A DNA stretch of 64,000 bases, taken from contig NW_024704742.1 in NCBI RefSeq assembly GCF_018977255.1, positions 103,852,001 through 103,916,000 on the forward strand. The letters are read 5' to 3'. Of the stretch, positions 1 to 10,829 are shown in pieces. A model generated the notes under the pieces. The model did no database searches and was not told the DNA's origin. It worked only from the letters and a program-made list of their open reading frames with translations. Each line of letters opens with the position of its first letter. The stretch's first letter is position 1. The position numbers and the translations under genes were made by a program. The stretch comes from Callorhinchus milii (Eukaryota).

Positions 1-2300
1 TGAAGTTCTTAACATTCAAATTAAACAATCTTCCACAGTGGGGTGTGTGTGTGGGGGGGGTCATTTATTCCCTTTCTACCATTTTATACAACTATCAGCA
101 CCTTGGGATGTACCCCCAACATAAAAGATGACAAGTATAACAAATAAATGAAAATTTGTATTGTATTGCTGTTTTTATAGTTATAGATCTCTTGGTCATC
201 AAATAGCATCAATTAAGCTGCTGGGGTTAAACAATATTACAAAGCATACATTGCAATATTAGGACTTTGCAATATTAGAAAGTCCTTCAAGGGCCTAAAA
301 TAATATCCATAATAATGTTTTCAAGAACCCCAAACTACCTACATTATTCTTTGCTTCCCACAACACTGCACCACTGGCCCTATTTTTCAGATTTGTCCCC
401 ATGCCATTGTATTTACAATTGTGGTACTATACAGTTGCAAACAATCTTAGCTTCAACTATGCTTCATCGTTGCCACAAGGAATCTTATTTATACTGTTAT
501 GGTAAGATTTGTTTCTTTATTATGTAGCTGATAAATACTATGAAATTGATTTACATTTAGTCAAAGCAGCACTATTTGTACTCAAGCAAAAGAGCTCGTA
601 TTAAACAAAACAATAATATTTCAGCAATAAAAAGGAAACAAGTTTTCAGCAAGCTCATAATGCTCACGGGAGTTTTACTATTCCAGGTAAAAACAAATAC
701 AACACAAAATCAATTTTTTTTATAGCGCCTTTCACATCAGGAGGAATTGGACCCAAGCTGGGATCGGGGAGTGTGGAGAGCAGGGAGGGTAGCCAAAGGC
801 TCTGTCGAAGAGGAGGGTTTTGAGGCGGGTCTTGGAGGAGGCAAGGGAGGGAGCGAGGCAAAGTGAATGTGGGATGGAGTTCCATAATGTCAGTAGATTT
901 TGCTGACATTATTGCTCATTTTTAAAATTGAGAAACCTAAATGATAGGCTAGACCAAAATACAATACACCACAATGCGTAAAAAGACAAGTCTAGAAAAA
1001 GTTACATGGATTTTTTTGGCACAAATTGCAGATTATAGGAAGAAGGCTTATGGATAAAGTCCCAGATTTTTTAACAAATGTATAAGTATAAAAATGCTAA
1101 GATCCATTTAATTTAGGTTGCAAATTCAAATGTCAACAGTTTAAAATCTGAATTCAAACTTAAACCATCTACAAACAAAATCCTCTGAAAACTTTTGAGA
1201 GTAAACAAGGTTTGCGTTATTTAATTTTGTATACAAAAGCTAACAGTGTAATACTATTGCTATGCAATGTATTTTGGGAAGGTCGCCTAATTGTAGGCTG
1301 CTTGTGAGTTGTAGCTGGACTCAGACTTTGCAGAGAACTTTGGGTTCCAACTCATGACCTTTCTTGGCTTCAATTTATTTCACAATAGTGGTGCTGCATA
1401 AAGTAGAAAATGAAGACCTGAAAATTCTGACTAGACGAATGTCTCTAAAAAGCATAAGAAAATAGACAAAAAGGACAGTCAGTCCATAACGTTTTTCTGC
1501 ACACTACATATAATCAGTTCAGACCCATTAAAACTGATAAAAAAGGTTTTCTCTTCCACTCTTAAATCCAAGTGAATTAAATCCTTCAACCAACATTTCC
1601 ACAGTTTCTGCATTAAAAGAACAACACATTTCAATGCAATCAATCATCTTTATTTGTACTTCTTCCCCCAATCTTTTACATGCTCCAAAAACCTCTTTTT
1701 AAAACTAACAAATTACAAGACACAAAGGGTTGAAACAAATTAGCAGTGATCTCAATACAAAGGACTAGGCTATTAAACCTACAGTAGAACAAATGTTACT
1801 GGTTTCTTTTTATCTTCAAACTAAAAACAAACTGCAGCTTTCTCACAAGTGACTGTGCTGGCTGTCAGTACTGCTAGAAGCAAAGCAATTTTTTTAAACT
1901 TCCTTCGAGTTATTGCATTGTGGGAGGTGGGGGTTGCTGAGAATATTAAACTATTAACACCCAATATTGGAAATCACACGCCAGTTTAACAGTAAGAATG
2001 GCAAGACCACGCAACAACCTTTAAGGAACCATGTAGAAATGGAACTGCAAATGACCCCCAGTTGCTGCATTTATATTTCTGAAGTGAGAATCCAGAATCC
2101 GACCCAAAACAGCTCCAATTTATGTTTTGCACTAGATTTCCTATGAAAAACATAATTTACTTAGGGTAAACTGTCATTTTAACTGACAATTCCACTTTCT
2201 GTAAAGAAAGTACATGAAATGTATAAAAAATCAGATAATTTTGACATATTAGAACTTTGTTGCAATGTTATCAACAGAAGGAAAAAATCATGAAATAAAA

Positions 2301-2344
2301 ATTTCAGAAATGGCTAAAATTGGTATTTTAGCCATTTCTGAAAT
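2301..2344. repeat. Perfect 20-bp inverted repeat with a 4-nt spacer
   Basis: ATTTCAGAAATGGCTAAAAT-TGGT-ATTTTAGCCATTTCTGAAAT. Confidence 0.95.
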
Positions 2345-5119
2345 CCAACTGGCATGGATTTCACTGGAAACAAAAACACCGTATCCAATACACTGAACCC
2401 ACTTCAGCAGATTTTAAAACATTAGTGTACAAAATCAAGAAATAAAAAAATACCAAAAGAAATTCAAAATCCAAGTGGTTGATCCAATCTGTAATGTTTC
2501 CAATATGTTAGAAAACCACTAGTTTTAGAGAAGTGGAGGTAGTTGGAAAAAAAGCCACCCTTTTAGAACCCCTGCTCACTTGACCTCTCCTCCTCTTGCT
2601 CTCACACCTTAACTTTTATAATCAAAATAAGCCAGTTTCCTTCCTGCTGAGCATTTCAAAATAATTCAAGCATTACCACATGATAAAAAGAACATTTGCT
2701 AACAATCTTAAAGATGTCTAAGAGGTAACAACTCTCACAGCACACAAAAAAAATCAGAGAAAGGCAGAAATTCTGCTCAGTGACAAGCCTCCAGCTGATG
2801 TGCCAGGGTTGATATTTTATTATATTGGATTACTACTTTCAGTGCACATTCCTTGAGGTTGAGTGTGACATCAAGCCAATATCTGCCAAAAATTCACAGC
2901 TTCTAGACTTTACAATTAACAATTTTAACAAACACAATATGAGACCTCACATTACCGTCTAAGGTGAACTAACTGTTGTTATTGCAATAGTGTCTTCCTG
3001 AAGTTATTTATCCTCTTACGAAAGGCCACAGGAAATGTTTACTCTAACCAGACTTTCAACTTAAGTAAAATCAATCAATTTACCTTCACCATAAAAAATG
3101 TGTTCCCATGCTAGACTTGTGCCTCTTCATGCAACCAGTTTTACAAGTGATCAACTCGTTTGGTTTGAAGTCTAGAAATGCACTAAACCACAACCCGAGC
3201 AAGAGATTTCCACACCTACCTTCCTGCTCGAAAGACGACTCCTAGCAGATTTAAGTGGTTGCTCTGTTAATGGTCACAGCTGGGGCTTCTAAACACAAAC
3301 CTTTCTCTTCCCCTCCCTTTTTTTTCCATGGCCCAGATTTTCAGTCTGACTAACCAAGAGCAGCTGCAGTTTTCCTTGCAATGATAAACAGCAGTATCTC
3401 TTCAAGCAGGAAAGGAATGCAGGAACTGAGATGAAACTAAACTCTGTCAGGGGACATCAGCTGGGAGGGTAAACACGTATATAGCAGGATTTCTAGCATA
3501 GTTATTCTGGTTTACTTCAATGTAAGGAATACAAAATTTCAGGACTGCATAATCACGATACAAGATCTGAAAATATGTTTTGCTTTAATCAAAAAAGTTA
3601 TTTAGACCAATTATATGAAATCTGTATTAACTTCAAGGTACCAATTAGTAGAGCATGTAATTTCCTATTAAACGCTACAATATATAGGGAAATTTTTTAA
3701 TATAGTTTTAAAAATATCTGAATCATCTCACTGATCTGGTCCAACTCTTCAGATATACTGAAAAAAGCAGTAAGGATGATAATATACAGCATACATGTTC
3801 AGCAACAAGAATGATAATATAAATACAGCAACACACAACAAGCCTCCTACTCCAGAAGATTTCATAATAAAGGCCAGTTTAATAGCTTGGGTATACAGCA
3901 ATGCAGAAATTACAAATATCTATCTAAACCTTTACATAACATTTTCTTACTTAAACCACCAAAATTAAACCTCTTTTATGAACAGTTTAAAACAAATACA
4001 ATAAATTGAGCATCAGCCATTTACATTACTTTTGCAGGATTCATATTTAACAGTTGAGTTGACAGTAACATGCTCCCCACTCCTTTGAAAACAGCACTTC
4101 CTTTAGCCAATGTGATGTGCATGTGATAAGTACACAAACCAATAGAAGTTTGGAGCAAGGCGCAGAAATAAGCACAACTTCAACATAGTAGCTACTACAT
4201 GAGCATTAGTATTTCAAGTTTTCCAAATTTTTCTTGTCACCTTAATTTATTTTAGATACTACAACAACAACAAAATTACATTTATATAGCACCTTTCACG
4301 TCGGGAGGACTTCAATCTTCAGACTGTGGATATCTGGGACTCAAAAAAGTAATACTTTTTTTTATTATGGAGCATGAGTTACAGCCAATTTATACACTAT
4401 ACGTGCGTCTCATCTTCAAGCATTTTGGAATTTCCTTGATGTACTTTGACTAACACCAAAATAACAGATGTCTCAAGTTCAGGTAATTTTTACTGAGGAA
4501 AATGCTGTCAAAGCAGTCAGCCAACCATTATAGTGGTTTATTATAATGATAATAATCCTTGTATTCGATAAAGCGCCAAAACACACTTTCGAGATGTCTA
4601 AAAGCCCTTCACAGAATATACTGTAAGGTGAATTGACTGTATATTTTGTGGGCGAAGTGAATTGTACATTCACTTGACAAATCTAGCCAAAAACTGGCTT
4701 ATAGGGCAACCTTAATATTCAGTAACCCAGTGATCATTTTGGTTTCCTCATTCATAATAAAGTTTGCACATTCCTTAAGACTAAACAACCATATCCGCAG
4801 GCATCCTGTCTCAGCATGTATGCCTCCAAAGGGTATATTTCCCCCTTTCAGACTGAAGTACAGCCTGTCCTTGTAAGAAGTTGACTTCCCTTCTACACTG
4901 CAGAAAAAGTTCTGGTTTTGAATCCCAATTTTAGTCACAAAGTTATGTTTCTTGTACCTCTCAATCATGTGTTTTATCGAAAAATTAATCAGATTACTCT
5001 TGAATTTGCTGATAGTTCTCGCCTCCCTGACAGTCTGGTCCATATATTCATCACTATTTGAGTAAATTATTAAATATCAACTGTCTTAACCTCCTTTGGG
5101 GGAGGGGTAAGTGAGGTCT

Positions 5120-5620
5120 CTTTGAAGCTGAACTGGCTCCAAGGTGACATGCCTGGCGATGGAGTGTCAAAATCGAAAGTCCGCTGTGGTGGTCTCAGTA
5201 GACCGGTTCCTGAGCCAAGCGGGTCCACAGTATTCCAGAGCACTGCTGGTGACAGCACAGCCAGTCTGGCTCATCAGCAGGACCTGGAAGGGCAGTCCAG
5301 TCACTGGGGGCAGGGAGTCATCGCACTCAACTCCTGTTAACCCTATAGCCCAAAGCTCTAAAGGGTAGGGTAGTCCTAGCGGGACAAGCAGCGGGAAAGC
5401 TTGCCAGACAGCAAAATCAATGGCAAGCTATGCGGCTTTAGCTGGTTAGACTCCAGGAGTACCCCAACACACTCTCTGAGGTCCCAAGGTTTGGCTACTT
5501 GCCAACCTGCAACTAATACTTTCCGGAATTAGTTAAGCAGGATGCGTCCCTCCGGGGAGAGCACGTGTATTCCATTCGAACAATCTATCTCTGGAATTTC
5601 AATGTGTAGGTGGAATGACC
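5120..5620 (+). repeat. Old interspersed repeat family, partly LF-SINE-like
   Basis: Segments recur at 20340-20390(+), 23140-23237 plus 25288-25400(-), 38290-38460(+), 43085-43310(+) and 52925-53043(-). Confidence 0.65.
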
Positions 5621-6196
5621 AAAAAAAAATCAACTGTATGTTGATCTCCCTTCTTAATTTGAGTTCATTTCCCCTTTTGTAATTAGTTATATCAAATGTT
5701 ATTTGGGTTCAGTGTATCTCCGTCAAATGCTATCTCAAACTAAAGTATTATTGATATTATTATGTTCCCCCTAAAGCTAAATCCTGATCTATTGCTTTAT
5801 ACATGTTGCAAGACTTTACAACAACAGGTTACAGATTATATAGCGCCTTTCACATCAAGAGTCACAGATCACCATTCTTATCTTGTGCAAACAATAGTAT
5901 AACTTGTCCCACAGCCAAACCTAGAATACACAGAGGACTGCAGGGATTTAAAGAACATACTCCAGCATGAGTCGCCAATCTAATGTGGAGGGATAATTGG
6001 AAGGTAAAACACTGACATTTCTCCACTAATGGAAGCGCTATAGAAAATATTAGGCACCATGCTATGAGAAATACATTTACAGCAGCATGTGCAGACAAAG
6101 TATGAAGCTTGCTGTATGATTAGTTTGCACTGAGAGAAACATGCATGGCTCACTATCAAGAAATGAACATGGAAAATTAAAGCTCAAATTGTCAAA

Positions 6197-7103
6197 ATGT
6201 ATGCGATGACACCCAACTCTATCTCTCTGCCTTCACCCTCAACTCCAGGATCACTGCTGTCCTGACAGAATGTCTGTCAGACATCAAGTCCTGGGTGAGA
6301 GCTAACTTTCTACAGTTGAACGTCAACAAGACCGAAGCTCTCCTGATTTGCTCCCGTCAGCTCCTCCACACCTCAGGTGCTGACAGCATCACCATCCAGG
6401 GATGCACACTCCACCTCATTGAGTCAGTCCAGAACCTTGGCGTCTTGTGCCCTGACTGCTCTGCCTTCTCCCACCTCCGCAACATCGCCCAACTCCACCA
6501 CTGTCTCACACTGCAGGCCGCCAAGACCCTCATGCACACATTAATAACATCCAGGTTTGACTATGCAAAGTCCCTGCTTGTCGGCCTCCCCAACTCCTCC
6601 ATAGGCTGCAGATCATCCTGAACTCTGTCGCCCGTGCCCTCCACCGCACCAGCCTCCGTGACTTATCACCCCGATCCTCGCCCGACTCCATTGGCTTCCC
6701 ATCACACAAGGGGATACAGTTCAAGATCCTGGTCCTTATCTTCAAAGCCCTCCATGGTCATGCTCCCTCCTACCTTTGCGACCTCCTAAACCCCTACCAA
6801 CCTGCCCTCGCTCTCCGATCAGCGGGCTCCAGCCTGCTTCACGTCCCCCACCTCACCTGCCCCACCATTGGAGGGCAGCCCTTCAGCCACTCTGCCCCCA
6901 CCCTCTGGAAATCTATCCTGCCCCCTCCCTTGCCTCCTTCAAGACCTGTCTCAATACGCTCCTCTTCGACCGTGCCTCAGATCACCCTCCTTCCCCCACT
7001 GCCATCCACTCTCCTGGTTTCCGACGTCCAGCTCGGGTCCGAAACACTGATTGTCCAGCGCCTTGGGATGTCCTCCCGATGTGAAAGGTGCTATATTGTT
7101 GTT
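6197..7103 (+). mobile_element. L2 LINE 3' fragment
   Basis: ORF 6295-6621 (NFLQLNVNKTEALLI...SRFDY) plus the conserved 3' end and TTG tail. Confidence 0.9.
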
Positions 7104-7574
7104 TAATGGGCTCCCAGCAAAATTTAGAAGGATGACAGATTTAAAGATCACGAGTAGTACATATTAAATTCTAAATTTATTACAGTTGAAATTGGATGGC
7201 ACAATAGGCTGATTAGTGTACATCCCAAACTAATGGGAAGAAATTCTCTTCTCTCTACAAGCTGTAAGGACAAGCCAGAAGAGGGATAAACAATTACTTT
7301 GGACAGTCTAACCTTCATTTCCTAGTGCATATGATCGCACAAGGAAAACTGCCCGAAACTAGCATTCTCATTCAGTCAACATTGGCTGGTATGAAAAGCA
7401 GAAAAATTCACATTGGTACAAGATATGTTCTTTTGAAACTAAAGCGTATTCCAGCTTTATTAAAAAATACTTTACACAGTTCTACCTCACGTGGTGCCAT
7501 CAAATCCCTTTAGCATCTCCAGCCTAGACTTTTCAAACTTTTCATTGGCCTCTCCAATACCACCATCCATTTGT

Positions 7575-7945
7575 GTGTCAGCCTAGTTCAGTTAGTAGCC
7601 TGAGTCAAATGGTCAGGTCTTGGATCTCATATAGTCTGTGCTGACAATCCAATACAGTGCTGCATTGTTAGAGGTGTCATTCTTCGAATGAGAAGTTAAA
7701 ACTGTTCAGGTGGACATTAAAGATCCCATGGCACTACTCTAAAAGAGAAGAGCATTTCTGCTGATGTCTTGGCCAACAATCCCCAAATAAATTTGGTCAT
7801 TAAATCTAAATTTGTGGGACACTCGTGTGCAAACTGCCACATTTGGCCACAAAATACACATTTACTATATTTTACTATCTTTTCTTTGAACCCTTTGAGA
7901 TGTCTCAACCACGTGAAAAGGTGCATTATGAATATAATTATCATC
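7575..7945 (+). mobile_element. Old DeuSINE-type element (SacSINE1/AmnSINE1-like Deu domain)
   Basis: GTGCTGCATTGTTAGAGGTG...GAATGAGA...TTCAGGTGGACATTAAAGATCCCATGGCACTA...GTCTTGGCCAACA matches the recalled Deu-domain consensus. Related copies at about 39300-39580, 59275-59625 and 63055-63200. Confidence 0.7.
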
Positions 7946-10480
7946 CATAAGCTTTTAGCTAACCAAAACTGTTGCCCATATCCTTACCCGCATCAAACTC
8001 TACACACTCTTCACCCCACTCATAACCAAGCTGTCTTCCTAATGCCCAGTGAGTCAACTTCAAAGTTCCCAATCTCATCTATAAATCCCTTTACCCCTCG
8101 CACCTCTCTCTCTGATCTTCCCTTAACTCATACCTCTGCTCACTCTCAACTAACAAACCTGCTCGTCTCCTCCCTCCACTCAGCTAACCAGCCTGCTGCT
8201 CAAGTTCGTTCTGAACCACCCCTAATCTCTGAAACTCCCTTCCTCTACCAGCTCGGGTCCGAAACACTGATTGTCCAGCGCCTTGGGACGTCCTCCCAAC
8301 GTGAAAGGCGCTATACAAATGCAATTGTGTTGTTGCTTCTCACCCCTCTTTAATTGTTTTTTAAATCCTGCCTTAAAAACTACCTCTTCAAGCACTTCTA
8401 TGGTCACTTAAATTCTTTTCCAACCCCATCATTTTTAAGTGCTCCAAGATGTTATTCTACGTGAAGGGTAGAATAAACACAAGTTATTGTTACCTTATTC
8501 ATTAGGAATGCTTGGAACTCTTCATTTTCATTAAAACCAGTGTGCATGAAATGAAGAAAATGCTCATCGTATCTTATTTGGAAAAATCTTAATGAAGCTA
8601 CTGAATAAATGTTCAGTAAGACAAAACAGAATATAAATACTCTTCTCCCTGTGACATTCATGGAGAGTATGTTGAAGTGAGAAAAGTGCAACACTTGAAA
8701 TGTTTAAAACTATTTTTCATCACCGTTTGTGGATTAGGAAATCAATTTTGTATTTATACAACTTATTTTAAATAAAAATTTGTTAAAAGTTATAAATGCT
8801 GCATTTTTATAATAAAGCTTCTAGATAAGACCCAGGAGATTCAAAAACATTACACCATTGACAGTTCTGACAAGAGTTCCTAATTTATACTATACAAAAT
8901 AGATAAATGTCAAAATAACAAATTACATGGATTGCATTTATGTATATAATTAGACCCTATTTATTTTTCAGAAGCAATAAAACTACTACAAAATGCAAAA
9001 CAGCATTATTATATTGAAGGCCCTTAATAGCCTACCCACTTAAAACTAATCAGAGTAAGATGCATTTAAGGCAGTCTACTTTTCAAATTAAGATACCGTA
9101 ATCCATCAATACAGCTGTATAAACCTGCAAGTATTCAACCAATTTAGATAATTGCATTCAGATATGGATTTGAAAAACTGTTTTTAAATAAAACATTTTT
9201 AAATTACCAACGACTGTGCTGTTTATCTGCCAATACAAGTGTTTCCTTTGGTATTATATTTGGCACTTGTTCACCTTATGTAACAGAGGTAATTCACTAC
9301 AACATTCAAACAGCTAATGTGGTTACCAAAAAAAAAGCAATGGTGCTATGAAAACCACATGCGTTCGTAGAAAGGAATACACAGTAGATTTTCAATTCAT
9401 AAATCACAGTCAAATATTTCATAGCACGGATTGGACCACTCAAAGACCCTGCAGGTTTGTGGTAAATTAATTCTCATACCTGTGGGGTAGATTCCAAAAT
9501 GATCAAATATTCCACAAATTCAAGACAAAAGTCAATATAAAAAAGATTGAATTATATTTGTCCCTCACGCCATAGATTTGAATGCTGGATATCTTAAGCA
9601 CATTCAGGTTTATGGAATATCCAAAGACTCCAGGAAGTATCACAATACATAGACCATCTTCCAATTAAACTACAATAAGTGGCAAAATTAACTCAAACCT
9701 TTTCCTTCAACATCAGTGACTATCCAGGAAACTATGAAACAAAACTGTTGATGGTTTAAACTCAGATTAATACAGCATATGCAGTCTATTTGTAGACAGC
9801 ACTATTGATAGCACAGAACCATGTACAAATTTTCATCCCAAGAAGATACAAAGATAGAGTATAGTTTACTTCATTACCTGTTCAAGAAAGGGACACTGGA
9901 TTTTTTCAAGGTACAATCAGTCTATTCGTCCTCCCAGGTCTCCATAAGCAGATAAAGTGCAATAAAACATGATAAACTGCCATCAGAAACTTCTGCTGAT
10001 GTTGCTAACTAGGAGCAGGAAACTACTTTTGATAAAAATAAATCGGACTGCAAAGAAAGTCGAGGAACAAAACATGATCCTGAACTTCAGCATCTTTTGC
10101 AGAGCTAAGCTGTTTTTCAAGGACAGTGCAGTGTTTACTTTGGTCTCAAGTGCACTGGCTTTCTGCTTCTCAGATAGCAGTTCCTGGCTCAATCATTTAC
10201 CCTGTTAACTTGAAAGCAGAGTCATCTTGAAAAGCTCAAAGCAATTTTATTTTCCACATATTTGAGAAATAATTATTCTTTCATCAGAATTCAGATGTAT
10301 GTCTGCAAAAATACAATGTTCCAATATTACTTATGCAAAATCTACAATAGATTGCTTTTTTCCAGTGAATTTTCTTTCTTGAATCATTTAGAACCCAATT
10401 TCTTTGATTTTTAATTGAGTATCTGAAACCTCGCTCAGATTTATTAAGTAATTAATTTTAAAAATTGTACTAGAGATAAC

Positions 10481-10829
10481 CCCCCCCCAACCACCCTACC
10501 ATCGGTGGCCGGGCCTTCAGCCTCTCAGCCCCCAGGCTCTGGAACTCCATCCCCCAGTGCCTTCGCCGCCTCCTCCCTTTCCTCCTTCAAGGCCGGTCTC
10601 AAGACCTTTCTCTTTGACTGTGCCTTCAGCTCCCCTCTCGACTCTCTACCCCCTCCTCGCTCCCTCCCTTCACCCTGACCATTTCCCCCCTCCTCGCTCG
10701 CTCCCTCCCTTCCCTCCCCTCACCCTGACCATTTCCCCCCTGCTCGGGTCCTGACCCAACTGTACAGCGCCTTGGGACGTCCTCCCGACGTGAAAGGCGC
10801 TCTATAAATGGAATCTTGTTGTTGTTGTT
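10481..10829 (+). mobile_element. Young L2 3' end with duplicated 3' UTR motif
   Basis: Close match to the reverse complement of 24130-24490; (TTG)n tail. Further short L2 tails at about 700-885(-), 4261-4312(-), 8240-8337(+), 22650-22709(+), 26453-26600(-), 27230-27460(+), 42224-42302(-), 43335-43415(+), 50821-50885(-), 54530-54625(+), 57274-57340(-). Confidence 0.9.

Noticed and set aside
5255..5290. Hammerhead ribozyme (minus strand CTGATGA followed by hairpin GCCAG-A-CTGGC)
   Set aside because: The required GAAA after stem II is absent, and the sister copy at about 25320 lacks the CTGATGA core.
7769..8353. 194-aa ORF, and similarly 22556-23134 and 36724-37746
   Set aside because: Built from SINE, L2 or CR1 pieces read in non-coding frames.
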